The notes under the pieces: model-generated
Databases searched by the model: none
Seen by the model: the letters and a program-made list of their open reading frames with translations, nothing else
What the model was told of the DNA's origin: nothing
Shown here: positions 47,760-59,555 of the stretch, piece by piece
Numbering within the stretch: position 1 is the stretch's first letter
How the letters are laid out: the number at the start of each line of letters is the position of its first letter
Source: Chiloscyllium plagiosum
Taxonomy: Eukaryota
DNA: 64,000 nucleotides
Assembly: GCF_004010195.1 (NCBI RefSeq)
Contig: NC_057718.1
Coordinates: 24,672,159-24,736,158, forward strand
Direction: 5' to 3'
Position numbers and translations under genes: made by a program

Positions 47760-49100
47760 ACGACATTGGCATGGACAACTGCCTGATCAGCCTGGATCAG
47801 GAGAAGGCCTTTAACAGAATATCACGCATCAACATGATGGATGCGGCATCCAAAATGAATTCTGGAGAGAATGTACAATTGGATCTGACTGTTCTGCACA
47901 AACATTAGAACAACAGTGGCTGGAAAGTGGAGAGGTTTCCAATCGAACCTGCAGTCAATTACTGCTGTCTTCTCTCCCCTGTCCTTTTAGTGATTGCACA
48001 GTACTCTCAGTGGAGTCCATCAGGAAGGGTGCGCGCCTTAAAGTTTATGAGGGGTGACAATCTCAGGCAGTGGAGGCATTCAGGTGACAGCTTTCCTGTA
48101 CAGAGACATCAGCAACTTCTGCTCAGATCTGCTGTCCAGTGCACAGGCTGATGAGCCTCATCAATTACTTTGATCAGGCCTCAATAGCCAAAGTAAATTA
48201 TGGCAAGAGTGAAGCCACGTTCTTTGTGAACTGAGCTGACCGATTTGTCACCTTCATGTCAGGTCGCAATACCTGAAGGTGCTGGCTACGTAGTTCAGAA
48301 AAAGTAGTGCATGTGTTGAAAAGTAGAAAAAGCGAGTAGCTCTGGTGAAACAGAGACTACATTTGGGAGCGATAACCCTCTCTTCACTGTGAGTAAGAAC
48401 TTGGTTAACAGGTGCAAGGTGCTTGCAGTGTTGCTGCATATGGTGCAGGTCTTGAGCATTCCTCACTCCTGCACCATAGAGATAACCTGAGCTTTCTTCC
48501 ACTTTATCTGTAGATTGCAAATGGATCATGATCACAGGGACATTATGCAAAAACCTCTTGAAAGAGGAGGAAGAAGCATACCAACTATCACAGCATCTCA
48601 ATGGCCACTGTTGGTCTCAGCTGTATCCAGCTATATGCAGGCCCTCAGTACGCAGACACCAAGTGTCACTGTACTCCAAGCTTTGACCTGTCTCTCATGT
48701 CACAAAGAATGGATCAAGACACATTGCTGCCGAACACTCCAAGTAGTGGAACTGTGCAGTACTACCTGTCCCACGTGGAGACATTCATACAGAAGAACAA
48801 CACTAATCACAAATTTACCATGATATGGAGATGCTGGTGTTGGACTGAGGTGGACAAGGTTAAAAATCACACAACATCAGGTTATAGTCCAATAGGTTTA
48901 TTTGGAAGTACAAGCTTTCAGATCGCTGCTACTTCATCAGGCAGAATGTTACCTGATGAAGGAACAGCACTCTGAAAACTTGCAGTTTGAAATAAACCTG
49001 TTGGATTTTAAGCTGATTTTAAACAAAGTTCCCGGGCAGTGATCATAATGAGGCCCTGCAGAGAAAGTGGAAAATCAGCTGGTTCTCTGAGGAGACAGTC
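47760..49100 (+). mobile_element. Old Tx1/L1-group ORF2 remnant
   Basis: CLISLDQEKAFNRIS RT motif ~47780-47825; YYLSHVETFIQKNNTNHK parallels NTFDHKS in the 43272-44187 copy. Confidence 0.75.
48820..49022. mobile_element. Palindromic pLTR-derived element with two opposed degenerate hammerhead cores
   Basis: Same family as 22096-22300; cttcatcagg...cctgatgaagg at centre. Confidence 0.8.
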
Positions 49101-49114
49101 ATAGCCAGTTCTCA

Positions 49115-49700
49115 GAATGAAAATAGACATTGCTGGAGGAACTCAGCAGGTCTGGCAGCATCTGTGAGGAGAAAGCAGAGTTAATGATTTAAGTCAAGAG
49201 ATCCTTCATCAGAATTGTTAACAGCAAAGAAAAATTTGGAGGTGGGGGAGCGGGAGTTGAAGTGAGCAGATTGGCAGACACAGAGTCGAGAGAGAGAGAG
49301 CGAGAGAGAGAGACAGAGACAAAGACAGAGACAGAGACAGAGACAGATAAAAGGGGTAGCAGATGAGGGAGTTACTGATAATAAGCCAGAGTAGAAGAGA
49401 AGCTAAATAAGTAATAATGAGAGCTGAAAGTACAAGAGAATGGGAAGGCTGTGCTGAAAGCAACCCATATCATGGAATAATAGGACTAAGAGTGAGAGGG
49501 AATTGGTTAGCTGTACTAAAAGCAACCCATGTCATGACAGTACCGGGTAAGGGGGTGGGTAAAAAACGTAGAAGGATGAAATCCGGCTCAAGAGGCATTG
49601 ATCCCTGGAGACTGCAGGGTCCCTAAGAGGAAAATGAGATGCTGTTCTTTGAGCTTGTGCTGAAGCTCACTGGAACAATGCAACACGCCTGTGACAGACG
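49115..49700 (-). mobile_element. Penelope-like pLTR/3' region with (GA)/(GAGACA)n microsatellite
   Basis: gctggaggaactcagcaggtctggcagcatctgtg pLTR; similar to 3967-4450. Confidence 0.75.
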
Positions 49701-50388
49701 TTGGACAGATTTCTGTGGACAGATTTCAATTTCCCCTTGGGATCCTTGAAGAGAAAGGAAAGAAGTTCTCTCCTTCTTCAACCTCTCCCCTTTTGTGAGT
49801 CATGGTGACCCACAAGTTAAACTACCTCCAGATGTCACTCTCCAAGGAAAGAGCACACCGATGGCCTGCTAAGACTAAGCTGAATTTATCTTCCAGTCAC
49901 ATACTCTGCATTATTCTCAACACTTTGCCAACTCCCAGTTGCCTACAGCTCTCATTCTACAAACAAAATCTGCAATTTTGAATGATGACGAGACACACGT
50001 TCAAAAAAGCTCACAGCGCTGTCCTAACATAATCCCTTCTTTCCTGAAAAAGATTGCACACAACCTGAAACAAGTATCAAGGGAAAGTCAAAGACCAGTG
50101 TGCCCAGCAGTGCTCTGAAAGCTAGTGCTTCCAAAAAAAACCTGTCGGACTATAAACGTTGGGAACCTATGATACAGAAATTATAAACTTCGCAGCCATA
50201 ACACTGTCCCCACTGTTTCCAGGTCTAGCTGCTGTTAGTGAAATTCTATTTAATTTTATTATGTTGTTTTGTAGTACTTAAAAAATGCAACATGAAATTA
50301 CTTTAACCACTTCATCATTCTGTGAAATCTTATTTTGAAGTTATCAGATTGTGCATGGATTTACCAGTTTGAATCTCAGTAATTGTAC

Positions 50389-50439
50389 CTTGATCTTCAA
50401 TGTTCAGATTCTTCAGTAGCCACTGGACAATATCTGCAC
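50389..50439 (-). CDS. RGS7: Internal coding exon (51 bp, phase 1-1) of an R7-family regulator of G-protein signalling, DEP domain; RGS7 favoured, RGS6 not excluded
   Basis: Minus strand reads ttttctgtgttctttttgcag|GT GCA GAT ATT GTC CAG TGG CTA CTG AAG AAT CTG AAC ATT GAA GAT CAA G|gtacaa, giving (G)ADIVQWLLKNLNIEDQ. This matches, from recall, RGS7 GSDIVQWLIKNLTIEDP and RGS6 GTDIVQWLMKNLSIEDP. No next exon was found in the ~50 kb downstream, which fits the long intron I recall at this position in RGS7 better than RGS6. Confidence 0.88.
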
Positions 50440-51548
50440 CTGCAAAAAGAACACAGAAAATGTCTGCATTAGTATCAAGCAAAATAACAATATTGGTGGA
50501 CCTTGGATGGTTTTACTCATATTTAAATCAAAAGACATGCAGCTTTCTACTGTCCCACATCTTATACTATGTAATAATATAAGGCTGCAATAGTGTTTAG
50601 GCTTTGCCTATGCGTGTAAAATCACCAAGTCTAAATGCTTTAGCTCACCCAAGACCAGTTGCGTGTTGGTAAGTGAAATTTCTAGATTGTAAGTACTCAG
50701 TCTTAGTCAGAAGAAACTAGAATTAAACAAAGCCTTTTTTATTTTTTTTCTGCTTTTGGTATTTTAAGTAAGATGCCTGAAATTTGAAGCATACGTATGC
50801 ACAAAGCATTTAATTTTTGGTCAACTAATAATTGACGTAAACAGCTTAGATAATTCATGTTAATCTGATTTCATGTTACTAAATTTTGCTGAACAGCAGC
50901 TACTATTAGAAACAGTGTGGACAGTGCTTTGGCTGTGGAGCTTATTATGATCCTTAACTTCCCCGCCACAGATTCCTATCTTTGATGTCCAGCACAAACT
51001 CTCTTAAGAAGAAACATGGGTGCACTGACCTCTGACTTTCCCTTGCTACTTACTGCTTCATGCTGTGTGTAACCTTTTACAGGAAAGAAGGGATTATGTG
51101 TAGTGACAGCAACGTAAGCTGTTTTAAATTTAATCCTCCTCCTATCTGCCCCTGGACCATGACCCCATCATGGAATACCAGGCTACCGTGTTGACAACGG
51201 TCTCTAACTTCATTGCACCATCCATGAGATGTTGTTCTTTGAGCTTGTGCTGAGGCTCACTGGAACAATGCAACACGCCTGTGACAGACGTTGGACAGAT
51301 TTCTGTGGACAGATTTCAATTTCCCCTTGGGATCCTTGGAGAGAAAGGAAAGAAGCATCCATCACCACTTGCCCCAGTAACTTAGACTAACAGTAAAAGA
51401 TCGGATTGATGGCACTGAATGTACCCAAAGGTATCTCAGATGGTACCAATGGTCACACCCCATAATGGATACCAAAGGGATTCATGTTCTAATTTTACTT
51501 TAATTATTTATCAGATTAAAATCATTTTTACACTGTATTAGAGCAACT

Positions 51549-52400
51549 TAGAGTCATAGAGATGTACAGCACGGAAACAGACCCTTCGGTCCAACTCGTC
51601 CATGCCGACCAGATATCCCAACCTAATGTAGTCCCATGTCCCAGCACCTGGCCCATATCCCTCCTAGCCCTACCTATTCATATACCAATCCAGATACATT
51701 TTAAATGCTGCAATCGTACGAGCCTCCACCACATCCTCTGGCAACTCATTCCATACGCGTATCATCCTCTGTGTGAAAAAGTTGCCCATTAGGTCTCTCT
51801 TATATCTTTCCACTCTCACCCTAAACCTATGCCCTCTAGTTCTGGACAACCCTCCCAACATCCCCCCCCACCCACACCAAGGAAGAGACTTTGTCTCTTT
51901 ATCCTATCCATGCTCCTCAAGATTTTATAGACCTCTATAAGGTTGCCCCTCAGTCTCCGACACTCCAGGGAAAACAGCCCTAGCCTATTCAACCTCTCCC
52001 TACAGCTCAAATCCTCCAACCCTGGCAACATCCTTGTAAATCTTTTCTGAACCCTTTCAAGTTTCAGAATGTCCTTCTGAAAGGAAGGAGACCAGGTTTG
52101 CATACAATATTGCAAAAGCATAACCAATGTTCTGTACAACCACAATATGACCTTCCAACTCATGTACTCAATACTCTGACCAATAAAGGAAAGCATATCA
52201 AACATCTTCTTCACTATCCTATCGACCTGCGACTCCACTTTCAAGGAGCTATGAACCTGCACTTCAAGGTCTCTTTGTTCAGCAACATTCTCTAGGACCT
52301 TACTATTAAGTGTATAAGTCCTGCTAAGATTTGCTTTCCCAAAATGGAGCCCCTTGCATTTATCTAAATTAAACTCCATTTGCCACTTCTCAGGCCGTTG
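51549..52400 (-). mobile_element. HER1/CR1 LINE 3' end
   Basis: ORF 51816-52430 WQMEFNLDKC...LERVQKRFTRMLPGL. Confidence 0.95.
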
Positions 52401-52573
52401 GTCCACTTCTAAAATCTGCATAGATTTCAAATATAGATTTCATCACTATGGAGTGTCAGATAAAAACTTAGCTCAAGAAGGCTGTAAATTATCAGTGTCA
52501 ACTGTAAATAAAATTTATTCATTCAATATTGAAGTGATTTTCATGCTTTCCAGCTTCACAAATACATCAGATG

Positions 52574-52943
52574 TCCATAAGATATTGGAGCAGAATTAAG
52601 TCCACCGAGTCTACACCACCATTCGATCATGGTTAATATGTTTTTCAACCCTATTCTCCTGCCTTCTCCCCTAACCCTTAATTCCCTTACTATCTCCTCG
52701 TAAATACACTCAATGACATGGCCTCCACAGCCTTCTATGGCAATGAGTTCCAGATTCACCACGCTCTGACTGAAGAAATTCCTCCTCTTCTCAGTTGGAA
52801 ACTGTCATCCCTTCACTCTGAGGTTGTGCCCTCAGGACCTAGTTTCTCCTACTATAGGAAACATCTTCTCCATGCCAACTCTATCCAGGCTGCTCAATAT
52901 TCTGTAAGTTTCAATCAGATCTCCCCTCATCCTTCTAAACTCC
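52574..52943 (-). mobile_element. CR1-type 3' end (different subfamily)
   Basis: ccataagatattggagcagaatta tail; 3' ORF2 remnants. Confidence 0.75.
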
Positions 52944-53199
52944 AGGCTGATCTCTCCTAGGCAGTTATGAGGAATCAAGGATGACCTATTTCCACCCTAG
53001 TTCAATGGATTTGGAGATGGCTGATAAATCTCACATGTGGTCTGCAGGTGTGCAGATACAGGTGGAGCTGCAAGGGTTGGGCAGTTGAGGTGTTTGAGGT
53101 TTGTGCATTTTCTCCAAATCTTCAACTTTGCCTCTGAATACTCTCAACACAATATCTTTACATATTTAGCACTTTCCTGAATAGATCTTCTCCATTTTA

Positions 53200-54550
53200 C
53201 AGAATCACAGAAAAGCTTTGGTTCAGAAGGAGGCCATTCAGCCCATTGTATTTGTGTTGACTCTAGCATTTTGGCTTAGTGCCAGTCTCCTGCCTCTTCC
53301 CTGTCACCCTGCACATTCTTTCTACTTAAATAACCACCCATTGCCTGTTTGAATGCTTCAATTGAACGTGCCTCCACCACATCTCCAGATAGCACTATTT
53401 GCTGTGTAAAAACATTCTTCTCATTTCACATTTGCTTCTTCTGGAAAATATTTTAAAACTGTGCACTCTGATTCTTGATCTGCTTAGGAACAGGGACAGC
53501 ATCAGATTCTTATTTATCTTGACCAGCTCCCTCATGATATTGAAGATTAACTAGATTAGGTTGGGATATCTGGTCAGCATGGACGGGTTGGACGGAAGGG
53601 TCTGTTTCCATGCTATACATCTCTATGACTCTATATCTTCTCTTAACCATTGCTGCAAGAAAATAATCCCCATGTTTCCAATCTACCTTCATTACTGAAG
53701 CATCTCATCCTTTAATCCATTCTCATAAACCTCTTCTTTATTGTCTCCAGTTTATTCACTATAACGCAGTGCTCAGAACTGTATACAACACTCCAGGTGC
53801 AGTCCAACCAGTGTCTTATGTAAATTCATTACAACCATCCTGATCTTGTACTCTAAGCCCCCATTTTGAAGTCTAGAATGCTGTATCCTTTATCAATAGT
53901 TCTGTTTCCCTGTCCTGCTGCTTTTAATGATTCATGCACATATACACCCAGCTGTTTCTGCTCCTGTAAGCCCTTTGAGTCCTTTATTTTATACTGTCTC
54001 TCCAAGTTTTTTGTGCCAAAGTGCATCATCAACCTTACACTTTTCTGCATTGAGCTTCATCTGCATCAATCCACCCACTCTACCAATTGGTCAATGTTTT
54101 TTTGAAGTCCCAACCTATCTCCCTCACATTTTACAATCCTCCCAAGTTTGTTCCATCTACAGATTTTGAAATTGTGCCCTGCACACCAAGATTGAGAAAA
54201 TGTAAGGGTTCAAATATCGACCTTTGTGGAATTCCACCACCAACCTATTTCCAGCCCCAAAATATCCAGTAACCATTACTCTCTAGTTCCTAGTGCTCAA
54301 CCAATTTACTATGTATGTTACTACTGTCCCTTTTATTGTATGACCGCTAACATTCTTTGCATATCTGTTGAGAGCATTGTAATCAAATGCCTTTTACAAG
54401 TCAATGCACACCACATCTATCCTTTCTATTATGTCTTCCAAAAAAGTCTAGCAAATTCCATGCTGACTCTTCTGAATCAATCCACATTTTCCCATGAAAC
54501 CATTAATTCTATGGCAAATAATATTTCTAGAAGTTCCCTCACCACTGAAC
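53200..54550 (-). mobile_element. Old CR1 LINE RT remnant, containing a + strand HER1 tail (53548-53632)
   Basis: MHFGTKNLERQYKIK...EQKQLGVYVHESLK. Confidence 0.75.
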
Positions 54551-56798
54551 GACTCTGATCTCCAGCATCTGCAGTCCTCACTTTCTCCCACTGACACTAA
54601 TTGTCTAATAGTCAGCTTGGGTGTTTAATTTCTTCAGAGATGCTTAGAGGACATTCCTAAAAGTGTCTCCACTGTCCTCCTCAGACTCCTCTGCCTAAAT
54701 TGATACCCAAGGAGAGTTGTTTTAGCAAAGTGCAATCAGACATATCCTGCCCAACAAAGCTGGGTATTCCAGGACAAGAAACAAAGTGTAAATTATGGTG
54801 AAATAATCTACAACTAGTAAAATGGCATTACTACAATGCTTCTACAAAGTTGTTAAACCTTAATGTGCATTTTTCACATTCATCAAAGGGCTGTCACAGA
54901 TGACTCACTAATTGCTGCAACTGTCATCTTTAAAACATTTATATAACTAAATTTATGTAAGTATGACACTGGAGTTCATGACCATTTATAACCTCTCCTG
55001 AATCATGGCATAGATGCTCGACTTCTACAAACATAAATACATTTGGACAGCCTGATCTTTATCAGGTTTTCCATATCAAATAAAAGAGGTGTCATTTGGA
55101 CTATTGCATAATACAACAGAAGGCAAATGCTACAAATTAAAGAAACAAAGCATTTAAAAATAACAGCGATATCAATTAGTCTATTAACTGGGAGAGCAAG
55201 GTCCAGAAACAAAAATGTGTTAAGTAGACAAGGTGGACGCCTGTGAATGAAACTAATTCCATTCCATAAGGAGTCTAAGGAGTTTAGTTAGGTGTCCATC
55301 ATTTACAATTGCAAAGCTGGAAATTGACTCCAATGTTCCTATTGTGATAATAGGTTTTGGATGAAGTAGTTTACTAGTCTGCCAAATTTTGTTCATAAAC
55401 AAGAGTTTGCACAAACTTCAACCAGTATATTGGATATTAAAGCTGACAACTGGGGTCTGTCTGTCTCCTGAACAGCATTTTTGGATTCAAAATGTGCACT
55501 TACTAGCTTTATATAATCTGGGAACTTGGCTACAAATATACACAAATTGCATATATAAATATTATAAAATGTAGAAACTCAACACTTGCAGCAGAATGTA
55601 TTTATGAATTTAATAGAATCGTAGAGTTTATAAATAGGGTGAGATAGTGGTGCACTTTTATAAGGCAATGGTTTACCCACAATTTGAGCAAAGAACATAT
55701 GTTTGTGACACCCCATTATAGAAAGAACTTTAAAGCTGTCAGGAAAAAAAAATTGAGGTTAAGAACTGGACAGTAATAGCATTGCTACATGAAAGTAGAG
55801 TGCTGACATTTGACTGAGCCATTAAACCAAAGCCTGCTTAGATGAATGTAAACCATTGCTTGGTACTGGGCAATAAGTATCCTTCATTCAAAGTATTTTT
55901 CATATTAATATTTGTGGTAATTTGCTGTGAACAATGGGTGACTGGGTTTTCCACGTCACAACAGTGTATTGCTGTAATTCATTAGCTGTAATGTACTTTC
56001 AGGTGTTGTGAAAGATGCTGCACAAACTTTTCTTTTCCACCTTGAGTCATTAAATGTAACTCTAAAACAAAAATGAAGACCAATTCCATCTTGTGAGAGC
56101 TGATAAATGATCCAAATAAAATTACACTCAAGAATTTATTTAGATTTTGTTACCTGCAAACTCTGCTACATTTAATTCCTAATTTTACACATATCAATTA
56201 TTGATTGTCGGTGCTTCATGCTGCATAGATTGATTGCTTTCATTTAAATTCCCAGTCAGTAGCCAATACTGCTTTCCAGATAGCACTCTATTTGTACTCT
56301 TTGTGAAGAGGAAATCTTATCAATTTTATCATTAACCTGAAATTACTGGCTTTTAAAATAATCTGATACAAATCGATTGTGCTTTCATGTCATTTTCAGA
56401 TACTGAATGTGCAAAATGCTTCAAACGAAATGACAAATGTTAATTGCCTTTTGAATACAAATTTGTGAAAAATGTTTAAATTTCTCAGGAAATTCATCCA
56501 AAATGTTATCCAACAACCACCTGGACAGTTATGCAGCAGGGGTCAAAATGCATGGGGGAGCCAGTTAATACATGCTTGAATGGTCTCAGTCAGTGAAACT
56601 TCAACCACAAGGGGGACCGATGAAAGAACAAACCTTTTGGACCTGGACTAGAAACATTGTTTTCACTCCAACTCCCAATCTATACCCTTCCTCTTTTGTA
56701 GTGAGTGATACAGGACGGAATTTCCCAAGTCCACACCAGACCCTACCTTAATCATAAATTGCATCTAAACTATTTTCCAATTGAGAGAATTGACAGTG

Positions 56799-57243
56799 AT
56801 TGAATTGAATTGAATTTATTGTCACGTGTACCAAGGCACAGTAAAAAGCTTTGTCTTGACAGCAATACAGGCACATCACAAAAGTTAAGTAGCATAGATA
56901 GGAAATAATAGGTAAACAGCGGCCAAAACAAAAACACTGGTATCGGCAAATGTTAAGAGTTTGTAAGTCCATTCAGTATTCTAACAACAGTAGGATAGAA
57001 ACTGTTTTGAAACCAGCTGGTGCGTGTGTTCAGGCTTCTGTACCTTCTCCCTGATGGTAGAGGTTGTAGAAAAACATTGCTAGGGTTGGATGGATCTTTG
57101 AGAATGCTGGTGACCTTTTCTTAACAGCGAGCCTGGTAGATGGATTCTTTAGATGGAAGTTGGCCTTTGTGATTGTTCGGGCCAAGTTCACCACTCTCTG
57201 TAACCATCTCTGATCTTGAATTGTACAGTTGCCATACCAGGTC
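56799..57243 (-). mobile_element. Rex1/Babar-type LINE 3' end
   Basis: TWYGNCTIQDQRWLQRVVNLARTIT; (ATTCA)n tail. Confidence 0.85.
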
Positions 57244-57738
57244 GTGAGAGTATGGGAGTAGTTGGAACAGCTTAGCAAAGGGGCCCAATTCAGCAGCACA
57301 AGCATAGTAGCACTGTATTCCTTCATGTACTTCATATACCAGCAGAACTCACACTTTCATTTAGTGTAGCTAGTGTCTTCAGTTTTAACAATAGAATAAA
57401 ACACAACCTCCTAAATAAGAAATCCTTATTGTTTTACTGGTGCATTTCCAACAGGGAAAATAATGCGCAAGAGTGAAACATTATAACGCACAAGAAGCTG
57501 GTTATTTTAATTTTATTTATTATATTCAAATTATATGTCAGGTTGTTGAGCTCTTTTGATACCTTAAATCAAGCTTTGTCATGGCTGACCTTGCAATCCT
57601 AACTAAAAGGCGAAGAGAGAGAAGGAAAGAGGAGTTTTCTCACAAGCGGAGGTGGTAGAGGCACAGGGTAAAATCATTAGGTTAGTACCCCTGAACTCTA
57701 GGCCAATGATCTGGGAAGATGGGTTCAAATCCCACCAT

Positions 57739-57955
57739 GGCAAAAGTAAGGACTGCAGATGCTGGAAATCAGAGTCTAGATTAGAGTGGTGCTGGAAAAG
57801 CACAGCAGGTCAGGCCACATCCGAGAAGCAGGAAAAATCGACGTTTCGGGCAAAAGCCCTTCATCAGGAATAAAGTCTTTTGCCAGAAACGTTGATTTTC
57901 CTGCTCCTCGGATGTTGTCTGACCTGCTGTGCTTTTCCAGCACCACTCTAATCTT
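57739..57955. mobile_element. Inverted-pLTR (palindromic) Penelope derivative
   Basis: agattagagtggtgctggaaaagcacagcaggtcag and ctgacctgctgtgcttttccagcaccactctaatct arms. Confidence 0.9.
57840..57868 (-). ncRNA. Minimal type-I hammerhead ribozyme motif with intact core
   Basis: Minus strand C-CUGAUGA-A-GGGC-UUUU-GCCC-GAAA-C-GUC. Confidence 0.75.
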
Positions 57956-58867
57956 GGGTCTAATCTCCACCATGGCAGGTGGTGAAACCTGAATTTAATA
58001 AAATTTGAAATTACAGCTGGCCGAATGGCAGCCATGAAATCATTGTCAACTGTTGTAAAAGGTCATCTCATTCTCTAATGCCCTTAGGAAAAACAATCTG
58101 CTGTCCTGACATGTGATTCCAAACACATGGCAGTGCTCTGGACTCTTAATGGCAAAAAACACTTGCCTCGTCAATGATGCCTATAGCCTGTGACTGAATT
58201 GAAAAAAATACACAGGGACGGGGCCATTTTATTGATGTGCTCCAGAAATTTATGCCAGAGCCTCCTGATCTACTCAAACAACCTGGACTGGCATTTAGTA
58301 CTCAAAAACTAAGTTTGACAAGGAAGAAGCGAAAGAGTGATAAAGGCTTCAACTTTCGGCTTAGCTGGTAACAAAGCCCCATTTAGAGTTAAATAGGTGA
58401 AGTCCAACAGAGTAATGTACATTTATATTCCATTATTAACATGACAAAACAATCCAAAGACAATATACAAGGCCATTATAAAACAAAGAATGAGTGTGAA
58501 CCAAATAAGTTATTTCCAAAAGCTTTGGTGAAGGAGGCAGGTTTTCACAAGAGTCTTAATGGAGGAAAGTGAGGTGAGGACATGGAGAGATTTGGGGACC
58601 TTACGGTCTAGGCAGCTGAAAGAATAGCCAAGAATGATGGAGTAATGATGCACAGGAATCCAGAATTAGACATCTTGGAGGGTTGGAGAACTAGCATAGA
58701 TTGCAGCAATAAGGAGAGGTGGAGGTATTTTGAGAATTTTGAAATCAAGATATTGCTTGACTGGGCACACTGTTTTGAATGATCTCAAGAGTAAGGAGGG
58801 TAGAATATACGAGATCAGCCAGGAGTATTTTGGAATAATAAAGTCAAGAGGTATTGAAAGCATTTCT

Positions 58868-59555
58868 TTCCATTTATTCATTTGTGGGATCTGGGCATTG
58901 CTGGCTGGCCAGCATTTATTGCCCATCCCTAGTTGCCCTTGAGAAGATGGTGGTGAGCTACCTTCTTGAACTGCTGCAGTCCACCTTCTTTGGTTGACTA
59001 ACAATACCACTGGGGAGGGAATTCCAGCATTTTGACCGAGTGACAGTGAAGAAAGTGCAACATATTTCCAACTCAGGATGGTGAGTAGCTTAGAAGGAAA
59101 CTTTAATGTGGTGGTATTCCTATATATCTGATGCCCTTGTCATTCTAGATGGAAGCGGTCGTGGGGTTGAAACGTTTTGTGTCAGGATCTTTGGTGAATT
59201 TCTGCACTGCATCTTGTAGATAGTACACACTGCTGCTACTCAGCTTCAGTCGTGGAGGGAGTGGATGCATGTAGATGTAGTGTGAATTAAGCAGGCTGCT
59301 TTGTCCTGGATGGTGTCAAGCTTCTTGAGTGTTGTTGGGGCTGTACTCATCCAGGCAAATGGGGAGTATTCGATCACACTCCTGACTTGTGCCTTGTAGA
59401 TGGTAGACAGGTTTTGGGGAGTCAGGCGGTAAGTTACTCACCACAGTATTCCATGTTTCTGACCTGCTTTTGTAGCCACTGTGTTTACGTGATTTGTCCG
59501 GTTGAGTTTCTAGTCAATGTTGATAGTGGGGGATTCAGTGATGGTAGCACCATCA
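58868..59555 (-). mobile_element. LINE 3' end, same family as 34950-38313
   Basis: Near co-linear with 34955-35540. Confidence 0.88.

Larger units (their letters stand above)
57648..58208 (+). mobile_element. tRNA-headed SINE sharing head and tail with the 34950-38313 LINE, interrupted by a Penelope palindrome
   Basis: B-box gggttcaaatccc then accatggcaggtggtgaa; body and tail co-linear with the two LINE ends. Confidence 0.7.

Noticed and set aside
1..50388. Next RGS exon (VEALHLG...HGYFFPISDHVL...FYRFQ)
   Set aside because: Searched by eye and not found; presumably left of the window, though it could be missed or hidden in the N-gap at 2422-2543 (unlikely, as that lies inside a LINE)
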